Positions 25,228-38,297 of a DNA stretch of 64,000 bases are shown here, piece after piece (the stretch's first letter is position 1; every line of letters begins with the position of its first letter). Under the pieces are notes generated by a model that made no database searches, was not told the origin of the DNA, and worked only from the letters and a program-made list of their open reading frames with translations. The stretch covers positions 63,815 through 127,814 of the forward strand of contig CBFFRP010000287.1 of NCBI GenBank assembly GCA_965644295.1, in the 5' to 3' direction. Position numbers and translations under genes: made by a program. The stretch comes from Paraphysomonas bandaiensis (lineage: Eukaryota; Protista; Chrysophyceae).

Positions 25228-26010
25228 CCCTCAACAAAGTCGGTGTTATGGGGTATAAGTACCGGAGATATTTCTCTGGGAAACTAACGTGAGCCGCATA
25301 TATAATCAGCAGATAACATTCTGCCCACACTCAAAGCCAAATGCTTGTGTGGTACAAGGGACACTAAAATTAGTCTCACTTGTGTAGACGTGTTTGGGCC
25401 TTGACGAATAAACAGGCATCATGATGGACGGGGCCCATCTCAAGGGCATCCGGGATATTGGGCTGCCTACTGAAGTCAAGCATCCGGGGTGTTCACCTTA
25501 AGGACAGAGAGCGCCTTGGTGCTTGCGGTGACGCACAATCAGCTTTCGTGGCACCAAAGAGTAGGATATCAAAGTTAAGCACTAGTCAGTTAAATTGTTT
25601 TGCAACATTTTTTCTGTCTCTTACACGCCTATTGCTAATAAAAGGACATTCACTTCTGTCTTTAGGCCCTGATGAATAAAGAAGCATCCGGGAATGGGTC
25701 CACCTCCCACCTCTAGGGTTAACGGGGTATTGATCTGCCTACTAAAGTCAAGCATCCAGGCTGTTAACCTTAAGGACTCAAAAATCCTGAAGTCAGCAGA
25801 TGTCAGGTGTATCAACATTCTGCTTTCTCACTGCGTTTGCCGAGTGCTAGAACGAAAGTGAATACGCCTTGGTCATTGCGGTGAAGCACAAGCAGCTTTC
25901 GTAGTTATATATAGTAGGGTGTCAGAGTTAAACACTAGTTAGTTCAATTGTTTTGCAAAATCAGCTCTGACTCTTACACGCCTATTGCTAGTAATAAGGC
26001 ATTCACTACT
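25228..26010 (+). mobile_element. Retroposon copy D plus a tandem 5'-truncated longer variant D'
   Basis: CCCTCAACAAAGTCGG.. to ..GGACATTCACT (~25655), immediately followed by a second 3' part (~25657-26010) ending GGCATTCACTACT. Confidence 0.85.
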
Positions 26011-26308
26011 AATTACGACACGCATTAAAAAACACAACACAGTAATAAATAGAGTCGAATAAAATAAGCACCTACTTGGAAGAATGGCCGAGTTTGATAA
26101 TACACTTCGACTGAAAAGTGTGAAATAGCTACTCTGGGTGAACGTACCTTAAAGAATACAACAAAGATTTAAATTTGGATCTTCACGAATGTTGATGTTG
26201 CATGTTCCAAGGATAAAGAAGGTATTACGGTGGCCCTGGATAAATAACTACCAACATACGTAAAACGTTTACTACGGCGGCATTTCAGTAATTATTACTA
26301 CACACAAA

Positions 26309-29300
26309 CTAGCTAGATAGTGCAATATGTACGGACGAGCCAACATGCACTGCTTCTTCAGGCTTCCCGTCCATCACATCAAATCGAACTTTGCACTTTC
26401 CCATTTTGGCAAAAGGCCCTGTTAACTCACCGCTTAATGAATGTGATTTAATCGTAGTAATAGTGGCTACTGAGCCTACATACTGTCTAATGTTTTCCTC
26501 TATGGAGAACGCACCATGAACAATAGCAACCACACTTTGAGAATCCGGAACGACTTTGAGACTTTCAATGGTGCCAATTCGTGTTGTGCTGAGAGTTATC
26601 GACGAGTGCCCCTGTTCTTGTCTGTGGCCAATTGTCTGGGGGTCTATAATATTCGACTTCGTGTATTTCAGCAGAGGGGGAACAATAGTTGTTGTCGGGG
26701 AAGTCTTATCAGGTCCAGGGCCTGTGTGGTTTTTCAGTGCAAATTTTGCAGCCAATTGAGCTGCTACAAATGCTTCACTTGCACTTTGTATTGAGGTTTT
26801 ACTTTGAGGTAATTTGGGAGGTTGGGATTCCTGCTCGACTTTAGAACGATCATTGGACGTGGATGCCAGTTTCGCGTAAGAGAGTGTTGTCGATGAGCCA
26901 GACGTGACGGGTGCTGGGCGGGATGCCACCCTAACACTTAATCCTGGAGCTCTGAACTGTTGCCTTTCACGCGCTGGTGCTTTCTCTATGCCAGTGCTCG
27001 TGCTCGATTTCGCAGGGGCTGTTTGATGCACTTTGTTCCCTCTGGTTACCAACGACAATGTGGACATCTGGCTAACTTTATCACTGGTGGACTTCTTTAC
27101 GCCTACTGTACTCAAATCTAGTGGGGAATACTTTTTCGAAGCTTGGGGTTCTGTAAATCAGAGAACATAGTAGTTACATGCATAAGTTAATGCAGTGTAA
27201 ATATCTCTCTGTATAGACGATCCATACATATAAAACTCAAGGTATTCATAAAAATAGACCAACATTGCACTACAATGTACAGTCCATAGGAAAATATACC
27301 TGGCTTCGTTGACAAACTCTCGGATTTGGATGACCGGGAGGAATCCCCTCCTATCGAATCAACTGGTGACAACTTCCCACCAGGACTATTTGTAGATGGC
27401 GGAGTGTCATTCCTGCGGGTAGTATTCGTAGGTGCATGGGTATCTTTCCCACTTGAACTATTCCTAACTGGCAGAGTATACATTTCATCTGGCTGACTAC
27501 TGCGACTGCACTGCCCGCCCTCTACCTCTTCCTCGTCCATAGTAGCCTGTTTCATTGCATCCAAAACGTACTGCACATTATCAGGTTTTTTGCTCTCTTC
27601 GTTACTTCCCGTGGATTTGTCAGAAACACAAGCTTGTTTACTCTGGTCACTATTTAATGAAGCGCCAGATCGAGAACTAACACTAGACGTGGCTGTCATT
27701 TTCTCATTGGTTTTAGTCGGTGTCATTGAGTCACAGTTTTTGATATCACTTTCAAACTCGATACCACGTTGACTCATGCCTTTTTCCTTGTCGAACACAT
27801 ACCTTTTGAACTTCAAAACAAGCCTGCTTCCTGCAGTCAAATCCTTTACGCCTTGAGGAAAACGAATCTTAAACTTGTCGCTGGAACCAAAAGAACTGTG
27901 AATTGCTCCTACAACTTTTCCTTCTTTCGTTTGTAGTTTCAGGCCCAAGAAGTTTTTAATGCCAGCAAACTTGCTATATAACTTCCACCCGACTGCCTCA
28001 TACGTCATATTATCCTCTCTGACATCAATACATCGCTGAATTTCACATTCCTTAGACTTCCACTTATATAGCCTCAATCGTTCAAGGGCAGTGGATGGCT
28101 GCAATGCTGCCTTAAGCGGGCCATAAAACGCCAGTCTACAGGTCGTAGATCCTCCAGCAAACGCATCCTTCGGATCGACCTCAAGCCTTGACGCAATGAC
28201 TAGGGAGCCGAGGGGGCAATAAACTGGTGTCTGAAACTGAAGCAGCATCCACTGAAGTGGTTCTTGTCCATAGGATACAGTGTTACCAACAGTTCTTGCA
28301 CCTAATTGTAAATCGCAGTCAGTGTGCATAACAAATGCAGTAGGCTTATGTGCCAAAGACGCAGAGCACGATATTTATGCGCTCGGAAACGTAATTTTTT
28401 GTTGACATGTAGTAAAGTGCATATATGGATTGTTACCTCCTAAAAGTTCATCTTGGTACTCATAATCCGCATCCCAGTCAAATTGAATGTCAGGAAAGTT
28501 TGAGTTAAAGGAGGAGTTAAGCGTAGATTGACCTGAATAGCACAGTCACAACAGTCAAAATGTAGCAGATGCAGTGGCATAGTAGGATAATCAGAGCTGT
28601 AAACTATTAGCGATATATACGCTGGATATTAGGTTTGCTGTGTAATACATACTGCGACAGCAACAAAACTAACAACTAAGACTCGCCGCAGAACATAAGT
28701 TGAAAAGTGAATGAAATGTTCTCCGTGAGATGAATACTTTGATACTTGCCTGTACTACCAAGAACGTGACTGCCGTCCCCGAGATCCGCCTTCCGCTTCT
28801 CCAGCTCAGCTTCAAGTTCTTGGGCCCCAAAAAACAGAGCCGTAGCAGTAACAGTCGCATGTCCAATGCTCACATGGAACTTAGAATTGCTCTTACAGTT
28901 CTGTTTGAAGAATCTCACTTTGCGTACCAAACATATTACCGTTGACAATAGTGTCACGGAATTAGGAGTAACTGCTATCCCACGCTCAATCAATTTCGGA
29001 TCTAGGTTCGTGACACACAAACCCACACGATCACCTTGTTTAGCAGACTTCACTGACTTATGAAACATCTGCATACTCTTCACCTTCGCCACAAATAAAC
29101 AAAAGCTGATATGAATAGGCATACAGTACCTTTCTAGTAACCTGTAAATCAGGCAGCTCAATAGTGGTATTGACTTGTACCGACCCACTCAGCACAGTTC
29201 CTGAATAATACGAAGAGCATTGTTGTCATCCATAATCGAAATGTGGATAGTATACAACTAATCTGTACCTGTAACAACTGTCCCATGTCCCTTGATAGCA

Positions 29301-30321
29301 AAGCAGTGGTCGATGGCATAATAAAACGGGCCATCAAAATTTCTATGAGGAAGAGAAATAGAGTTCCTAATAGCCTCCAATAGATTGGGAATACCCATAG
29401 TGGCCATTGCCGTCGTGGTTTCAGAATTACCTCGCTTGGAACCTAAGGGCGTCCAATTAGTCATAGTTTGCTCTTTTTCACACAAAGTAGTACACTCATA
29501 CTAGCTCGATATGCAAATACTTATACGACAGTCTTAAATACATACTTTTCGCAGAAGCCGTCATGGCGCCAACACTGGCCACTTTTTCTCCTCCAATAGC
29601 AGCCGATGTAAGTATAATCTCGACATCCGAAAATTTTGTGGTTGAAAACACTTTGCGTATTTTCTTTATCATTTTATCAATCTGGCTCTCTTTGTCTTGC
29701 TCAGGAATCATATCTACCTTATTCAGTACGACAATCATCTTATCGGTGGTAATCTCCCCAATCACAATACACTCCGCAGTCTGGGTTTGTATACCTGAGA
29801 TATTTAAAAAAGTCATTCATCACCGTAAACTTGTAGGTATCGCCATGATATTAACCACGCTTCGTTGTAGATGTATACCTTTGTTAATATCGATTACCAA
29901 GACAATCATGTCTATGATTTGCGCACCCCCAATAATTGTCCGAATAAGAGAAGCGTGACCGGGACAATCCACTAAAGTGAACTGCAGTGCATCATATTGG
30001 TCCCCAACTTCGTTGGCGATATGCTCAGGGAGATCCATTGCAAACGACGAAAACCCTGTGGAGTGTATTAGGATATATACAAGATAATACATTAAGCAAC
30101 ACATACACTCCGCATTAAATCAAGTCGCTGAAGCTACGAGTCATGCGCAATATACACATACCAAGATCTAAAGTAATGCCACGCCTCTGAGACTGGGGAT
30201 TCTTATCTAATGCAGCTGTTGACAACGAAGTGCTCAAAGCCTTTACAAGGGATGTTTTTCCACTATCCACATGACCCAACACACCAACATTTATGTTCAG
30301 TAATCGAGTGTTCCCCTCCAT
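26309..30321 (-). CDS. EEFSEC: Selenocysteine-specific translation elongation factor with long C-terminal extension
   Basis: NINVGVLGHVDSGKTSL..AALDKNPQSQRRGITLDLGFS, FTLVDCPGHASLIRTIIGGAQIID, QTQTAEC, DHCFAIKGHGTV, VKSMQMF and CRLAFYG are eEFSec-specific; multi-exon. Confidence 0.93.
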
Positions 30322-31355
30322 ACTCTTATCTTAATTACTACGACTGAATAAAGCGATTGGAGACTGTATAATAGCAAACTAATATGATGCGGTGTGATCT
30401 GCCTCAAGACAGACTGTTCTATCACTGTAACTATGCATACAACCGCGTATAATCACGTGTTGGGAGATATATACACGAACATGAGCGAGTGTGTTCTCCA
30501 CTCTGCACTCTACATAACAAGGTCTAGATGTTCATATATACAGCAGTATACAGCAGTCCTTTGGCACTCCCAGTATTCCATGGTATTCCGCGGTATTATC
30601 TATATACAGCTCCACAGAGTCTGTATGCGTATCTCTCCGTATATTCACATTCACGTACTTCGAAGTGGCAGCGGTATGTGTTCACAATAGGCAGGTATGT
30701 AGATACTGCTGTATGCAATGGATACACAGTATCTTTGGCGAGATAATTCGAGTGGACAGTGAGATAGTTTTAGTATGAATAGTACACTTCGAACTTATTG
30801 ATGTCTATACTACTTTTCGACATGAAGATATTTGTTGCATTGCGGGTGCTGCAACACATCTATACGAACACACAAGAGAGGTCACAACAATTGAATTGAA
30901 TTCTTCAGAAGCTCTGGAGATATTTCACAGTGTTAAAATTGAAATTATGGAATTAAGTTGTCATGCAGATTTAGATGACTTGAAAACGCCGAAATTTACA
31001 CTATTCGCAGGCTTTAGAATGTGAAACTTTCTCTTTTCTACATAATAGCACTAACTAGTGTGCGCGTATTACCATCTATTAGAATTTTAATACTTATTTT
31101 AAGTGCAATTAAATGACTATTGTAGTATTTACACATTGCTTGCTGAGTATTTTTTAACTATTATCTCCAATGCAAGGATTACGACCTTGCTACCTAAAAT
31201 TCTAAGACTTCAAGGAATAATACGCAATATATTAGGTATCAATATACTCAACACCAAGTGGAAGAAATATGCGAAGTTTATTTCTGATAAATTTTCTATT
31301 TGCGTGTGTAAGGGCAGCTTAGTGATAGTTACACAGTTTCGAATAGGGGAATTGG

Positions 31356-32473
31356 CAGGGCTAGGAAACAATATATTGCAATACTATTGATATATAGCGT
31401 TCCAACAATACTATTGATGGAGATTTTAAACAGGCTCAACAATACAATTACAATATATTGCAATATATTAGTATGACTAATCAGTAAGTAAACACATCCG
31501 TAGATTCCTTTTTTAGTATTAGTCATTAAGATCATATGGCAACCAAACCCACAACTGCTTATAGCTACTAAAAATCCACCTCGTTCTCATCCTCTGAGCC
31601 ATCATCGCTGACGTCAACATCACCATATTCATTCTTAGGCTGCTTAAACTTCCCCATGAGTAGGTCTACGTGCCGAATGAGAGGTCTAATGCCTTGGTCA
31701 GGTCTTGTCACAACTCCTTCCTTATTTCGCTTCTCTTTGCTCCCGAGGAGTTCATTGACCGCAAGGTTAAGTCGATGAAATGACATCCAACTAGGGGCAC
31801 ACCTATACACTATTGAAAAGTTATAACAGACGACGATTTTACTCAAACAAAGGTATTACCGGAATCGTTTGCCAGCTTTCTGTTTGTAGCGCAGTTGTCC
31901 CCAATGCAAAACTCAACAATAATGCAAACATTATCAGCAATAATCACTCTACCCACTCTCAAAAATGTTTTTGCTTTGCCCGAAGGTTGGAAAACAAAAG
32001 CATCCATGGGACCATTGGTGCAGACAACCCGTAAATACTTCTTCATGGAATCTTCCCACTCACCATCATACATGTGACAATGTGTGGTTCTTCAAGTTGT
32101 TGTAGCCATTCGATATCTTCTGCACTCGTATGCGCCCACAGACTTTTCATTCGTGCTTGTTTGGTTCACCTTCAACCGAACTCCAAAAACAGCGGTAAAT
32201 ATCTCTACTTTTGTATGCATTCATTGCTCAGATGTCTCTTCTTATCACTATAGGATATATATACTATATTAAGAGAATTACTGTACATACATGTAGAGAT
32301 GTGTAGAGTATTGTTTGAGCTGGCGATACATAAAACTATCATAATATTGATTGCAATATATTGCAATATATTGTGAGCCACTTTAACAGAAACAATATTG
32401 ATGGAAATTTTGGCCGGTCGACCAATCAATATATTGTACAATGTATTGCAATTCAATATATTGTTTCCTAGCC
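31356..32473 (-). mobile_element. Non-autonomous hAT element, same family as 8780-9584, opposite orientation
   Basis: TIR CAGGGCTAGGAAACAATATATTG, other end ..CAATATATTGTTTCCTAGCC(C) clipped; shares the 3' segment (DVDV.DDGSEDE.EVDF) with the 8780 copy; retains IGDNCATNRKLAND and HRLNLAV. Confidence 0.88.
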
Positions 32474-32749
32474 CACAATAAATAAAAAATACATTATTAG
32501 CACCACCATGCAACGACGAAATATTAGCAAAATTAAACATTTTTCTTCCATTTCCCTCTGGGAATTAGTATTAGAAAGAATTGGATGTCTTCCACGCGGG
32601 GGTAAGTATCACCTTTCCAAATAATATAGTATATAGGTATATAGCATAGAGCTGTTGTGGAATAGAGGGAAATGGAAGTAAAATGTTTAATTTTGCTAAT
32701 ATTTCGTCGTTGCATGGTGGTGCTAATAATGTATTTCTTATTTATTGTG
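32474..32749. mobile_element. Foldback/MITE-like element with ~85-bp inverted arms and CAC..GTG termini
   Basis: CACAATAAATAAAAAATACATTATTAGCACCACCATGCAACGACGAAATATTAGC..CTTCCATTTCCCTC is mirrored at ~32664-32749; no TSD visible. Confidence 0.75.
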
Positions 32750-32987
32750 CGCTCGAATGTAATCACACGAGTTGAATGTTTCCAGCTTGTCACAAAAAGT
32801 ATAATACGTGGTACATAGTGACTTGTCCACCAAAGAGTATCACATTATCAATAACTTTAAATTACACCATTTATAGGCAACTTTCTCATTTGCCAATATA
32901 TTTTAAAAACACATTGCTGAGAATTGCATATATGGTATTCTTTCCGCACCAAGAAAACTGCAAGTGTTATCCACTTCCAATGTTTAA

Positions 32988-35115
32988 CTAGACACCATTC
33001 CACAAGTCTTGGAGAGAATACTTGAGGTAGGGGCGGTTATAAGCTTTCCACTGGCTGGTATCCCCGCCTTCCGGCCCATATTCACCAGCCGCATTTATTC
33101 TGCCAATGCTGAATATCATGGACGGGGTCGATCCAAAGTCGTATCTGCATTACAGATAAACAGATCAGCATTGTAATAGGCACCAAACAATTGAAACTAG
33201 TACAAGACATACTGTCAATTCAAGTAAGAGCCACGCAAAATAACTACGACAACAAGTGGTACGACAAGAGCACGATTCGACAGGGACTCACACAGCAATA
33301 TGTAGATCTCCAGTGCGATGGTACTGAACAACTACAGGAACAGATTCTAGAGTAATGTTCCCATAGTGATCACCCAGCACTTGGGGTAAAGACGGGTCAT
33401 CAGAAGGTTGCGCATGCTTGTCGACATACACCAGGTTCTCGTAGTATGGTTGGTTGGTCATTGAAGGCATTGTTTTATCGTTATACGGTACAGCCGAGGC
33501 CTGCGAAAGATTATACACGAATTCAAGTGAGCATGTCGTATGGCTATCAGTCATATACAACTTTTATATATACCCCATTATAAGACCACAAAATTTTTAC
33601 AATCCAAGTATTGACGTACACCTAGAAGTGCTGATTGTGTAGGTATGACATCAACGAATTACCTGCTGGTAACCCACAATATCCATGGCCTGTGAAGAAT
33701 AATCTCCAACACCAACCCATATTCCCCATGTCCTAGGGACACTTTGCATGTAGGTCTCAGCTGCAGTTCTTGAGTCGCTGGACTCAAGTATATCTCGGAG
33801 GACAAATACATCAGGTTCGCCAGTGTAACTTCCAGAAGGGTCACTTCCTTCGGAGTTGTACCACACCTACATTGTCATAACTAATATGAGACTAGATATA
33901 CTATACACGATGGTTAGAGCCTATGGGACACACATTCCATAACTCCAATTACTACACATGCAATAAGTGAACTGAAAATACTTCTGCACCTTCTCTGATA
34001 CACCGACTCCTTTTTCTGAAACACCAGTAATAACCCCTGCAAATCCTGGGAAGGTCAAGGAAGTGAATGCTTGAGCAGTAGACTCAGGATTGCGGTATGT
34101 CGCTAAAACAGTGTAGTTAGCGAACGGACCTCCGCCGAAGTCCAGAGCGCGCAACTGTGTAACACCAATATGTTACATTGTTTAAACGACGTAATGCGAA
34201 ATAGCCTATTCGACCGACCTCCAACATACCATAAATAGACAAATACATTTTTGAAAGTGAATATTTTGGTATAACTTCACTGCTAAAGTACCTGGATGAG
34301 AGTGCCTGTGGGGGTGGCCTTTCCCCATGCACCCATAGCGGTACATGCCATACGAATAAGCTCTGGAAACATGTTAACGCGCTTCACATGGGCTGCAACC
34401 TCAGTAGCGTTGCACTTGGCGCCTAGGGATGCACACACTCCATCGCCAATTGCATCCATCTCCTCAATCAAGTAGCTGCAACACAATTAATATTAATCAC
34501 TATCGCACGGCGTTACATAGAGGTTGGATGAGAAGTGGTCAGAAATACACATACAGTTGTGAAATCTATGTCGCTCTGATACCATGGCGTGCCCAATGAA
34601 ATCCTACCTGGGAATATATTGGAGTTCACTCTGGTACACCCACTCCAGAGCAGCGTCCAGAGTAGCAGGCAATCCTGCAGCAATCTTAATCTGAACTGCA
34701 TGCAGGATCTCCCGAAGTGGCTCGGGTACTTCGCTCAGATCGATACCCATTACTGCATCAATGCAGTACTTATTGAGTGCAAATTCTGCAAATTGTATGA
34801 TCTCTTTCGCCAAGAGGTAGCCATGAGCATATCCTCTCTCATAAGTGCTGCCCACAAGATCAAGTCTGTATATTCCCACGTTGTCCTCCGATCCATCCGC
34901 AGAGTTTACGAATGGCACATTTACAATAGCAAGTTTACTCTTTTCCACTGATTTTGTCCATTGCTGTATATAAAATAATATCAGATGTAACAATATATAG
35001 TCGCCATTGGACGTACTGTGTAAGGCTGAGGATCAAATGTTGGAGGGGGGATATCATAGGCGGTCTGTCCAGCAACAGAAGCTGCCAAGAATACAATACC
35101 AATAAGACCAATCAT
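32988..35115 (-). CDS. Secreted/lysosomal Ntn-hydrolase, dcd1-like (acid ceramidase/C45 superfamily)
   Basis: Signal peptide MIGLIGIVFLAASVAG; GSTYERGYAHG; PELIRMA-CTAMGAWG (nucleophile Cys) followed by LRALDFG; FPGFAGVITGVS; multi-exon. Confidence 0.8.
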
Positions 35116-35498
35116 TGTAAACCACCTTCTTGTGTAACAATAATTAGGAATAATGGTGAATAATGGTGACATGGTGTGGGAGAGTACTCTATACTGCTGT
35201 ATACTATACATATACTGTAGCATTGGACCACACTTGTTGACCAGTTTCTCTTGGGATGGTATACAGTGTACTACATATGTATGCGCAGAATACGTAGCGG
35301 TGTAGAGCTGTGATGATTGTACGTATGCGGTATGCCATACACTCCACTGCTGTGATATGAGTGCAAACCATGAAAAAATACTCTGCTGAAGTGTGAGTGA
35401 TGGCTGTATATGTATGTCTATATGTTACATGTACATGTGCGGCATAGAGTTATTTGTTTGTGCTAATTCCATAATTTGCTCCAGAATTTATTTCTCTT

Positions 35499-35961
35499 AT
35501 GGCATTTGTTGCGTCTAGACGACTGCCGGCAAGCTTCACTCATGCTTCCCAGATAGTTCGCTTCGCCACGAAGTTAGCCGGAGGTAAATATAAATAGAAA
35601 CCACCGTGTGCCTTATTAACTTTATGTATAGGTACCACCAATAATGGCAGAGACTCCGTTGGGAAGCGGTTGGGAGTTAAAAAACTTGGAGGGTATGATT
35701 ATGATATACGATTATCGCAAAATTAATAACCCCATTGCTTGCAGTCATGAAGTGATAGCTGGGAATATTATTGTAAGACAAAGGGGGAGGAAGTATCATC
35801 CAGGGAAAAACTGTGGCATTGGTAGAGATTATACTTTGTATGCATTAACAGATGGGTGGGTGAAGTTTATATATGACCCAAAGATTCGCCGCCAAACCGT
35901 CCATGTGACCGATGTCAATCCTCACAACCATCCGAAAAAAGTTGAAGTTGTAAGTGAATGA
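35499..35961 (+). CDS. MRPL27: Mitochondrial ribosomal protein bL27
   Basis: Transit-peptide-like N-terminus then [56 protein letters not shown] across two introns. Confidence 0.93.
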
Positions 35962-36868
35962 TTTCTATGTATTCTAGAGATATCTTTTTTGCATGGAGTA
36001 CTACTCTGACGATGTAGTTCAATTACTCTCCCTATGTTCTTGTGTACGTTGAGGTAGTTAGTCGTGCTGTGTGGCTGGGTGCGACTACGTTTTGAGATCT
36101 ACGTAAATACTCTCTAGTGGTGTAGTTATTTACAGTTTTGTAGCACAATCACTCTGTAGTTGTCAGATCCTTGCCTTTTAAACTAGATGGGAGGAGTACA
36201 ATTAGTTTGATGTCCTGATAACACCCAATGCTACGAAGATGAAGTTAATATATGAAGCTCAATATATAGATATATAGAATATGCTGATGTAGTGTAGCAA
36301 AGACTTGCCTATTTACAAAGGATTTGTGCCTCATAATTTAGAAAACTTTTACTAGAAACACAACCAGGGGAGTCTGAGCTTCACCAAGTGTTATATTGAT
36401 GAGGTTGATGCCCCCTTAAATGTGGAGAGACATGATAATATACAATATACTCGAGTGTCCACACATAAACATTGCAAGTATCTAAAATTAAAGTATATAA
36501 CCAGATGTTTTGCTCCATTCTTTGTTTTGTAACGTATGAGCAGGGGACACCATAGAAGACCAAGATTGTCGAAACCTATTAAGTTGCTATATTTATTGGT
36601 TAGTACAGAATGCCATATAATATATAATCCAGCCCGCGTAGATATATTGTGTGGTGTGAGATGGTATCTTAGACAGTCACAGTGTGTAATCAATGGATAT
36701 AAGAACGACTAGGTTGAATACCAAAGTTGGCTAGGTTGAGTCATTTATTACTTTGACTAGGTTATTCCACCAAAAATAGCGTGACTAGGTAATTCAACCA
36801 ATTCGACTAGGTTGAATAGTATTTCCCAAAAAGACAACATCACCATATCCCACTTTAGCTTAGGAATT

Positions 36869-37271
36869 CCCTCAACAAAGTTGGACTCGCACAGTTTCGT
36901 GGTGTTCTAAGGGATAAGTACCGGGAATATTTATCTGGGAAACTAACGTAAGTCGCATATACAGTCAGCAGATAACGTTCTGCTCAATCATAGCCATATG
37001 CTTGTGAGGTACAAGGGACACTAATTAGTGTCGCTTGTGCAGATGTCTTTGAGTCCTGACGAATAAACAGGCATTCGGGTGCTTACTGAAGTCAAGTATC
37101 GGATTATTCAACTTAAGGACAGAGAGAAAAAGTGGTGGCACCTTGGTGCTTGCGGTGACGCACAGGCAGCTTTCGTAGCGCCAAAGAGTAGGATATCAGA
37201 GTTAAGCACTACTTAGTTAAATTATCTTGCAAAATTACTTCTGAAACTTATACGCCTATTGCTAGTAAACT
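36869..37271 (+). mobile_element. Non-autonomous retroposon copy E with 14-bp TSD
   Basis: ACTTTAGCTTAGGA at 36852-36865 and 37272-37285; starts CCCTCAACAAAGTTGGACTCGCAC. Confidence 0.88.
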
Positions 37272-37727
37272 ACTTTAGCTTAGGATATAAATATTGATCA
37301 GTCTCTTGCGACGAAGTCCGGTGAAGATTCACAGTCTCTTTAAAATCACGGGCGTTCCTGTTCCCTATAAATAACTGAATTTCTATCTAAAAGGTGACTA
37401 GTGTAATAAGTCCAATCCCATATTTTATAAATATGATTTACTTCAAGTATATTGACTAGATACAAATATATATATACTCTCTGTCTCTGGTCTAAATCCT
37501 TCTTATAGCATTGAGAACACTAGTGAATATAGACGGAAACTCGAAATTGCAGATATCATGACTAATATAGCAGCTGAACTTGAACAAAGCATTCATGCGT
37601 GAACTTGCATAGTAATATGATATACGTAATATATATTACCATATCACGACATAAAAACGAGGCTTGAATATACAATATCTTTTCATTACATCACAACTGG
37701 AATATAGTAGTCAACAATGCACAGTTT

Positions 37728-38297
37728 TCACAGCCCGAATTCAGAAAAAAAATCAGGAGCAGTTGTGACTGCAGGCATACTTCCTAAATCTAATAAATCT
37801 AAATCTGTATCTGAATTGTCAAAGCTAATTAAATCTTGTTCTGCAATTTTAGCATCCGCTGCCTGCGATATCGTTGCAGCTTCGGACTGGCGAGGTGAAA
37901 ATTTCAGTAACTCGTACTTATCGCGAATAAATTCTCTCCACACCTCATCACTTGCTTCGGCTGAAGGACGATTATTATCTCCTCCGTATAAATCTCGAGC
38001 TTTGGCGTTTCCTTTCAATCGCATCTGCTCGAGTTCATCGGGGCCCCAGAGATAGGTTCCAGTACATCCCTTGGGAACAGAGATATGAGTACCCAATCCT
38101 CTGTGGAGGGCCCCACAACGTAAACAAAGAAACACCCCTAAGTTTACAGATGCCCAAACTGTCCCTTCCGAAGCACAGTCAGCACATAAGCGATTCTCTG
38201 GGAGTTTCCGCAGTTTGTTTAGTTCAGCTTTGAAGGTGCGTTCGTTCTGCTCAATATAAGATTTCTTATATTCGTGACCTAGCTTAGATTTCCACAT
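37728..38297 (-). CDS. Small ArfGAP-domain protein (SMAP-like)
   Basis: PENRLCADC..WASVNLGVFLCLRCGALHRGLGTHIS (C4 zinc finger with catalytic Arg), FIRDKYE and DLISF/DLLDL clathrin-box-like motifs. Confidence 0.9.
   Translation of the reverse strand: MWKSKLGHEYKKSYIEQNERTFKAELNKLRKLPENRLCADCASEGTVWASVNLGVFLCLRCGALHRGLGTHISVPKGCTGTYLWGPDELEQMRLKGNAKARDLYGGDNNRPSAEASDEVWREFIRDKYELLKFSPRQSEAATISQAADAKIAEQDLISFDNSDTDLDLLDLGSMPAVTTAPDFFSEFGL

Noticed and set aside
26011-31355. Selenoprotein or SECIS element linked to EEFSEC
   Set aside because: No convincing in-frame TGA within a conserved ORF and no SECIS core recognised by eye; would need SECISearch.
36706-36820. Regularly spaced short repeats as a mini-CRISPR
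   Set aside because: The repeats are only ~9 bp and degenerate, the context is eukaryotic, and there are no cas genes.
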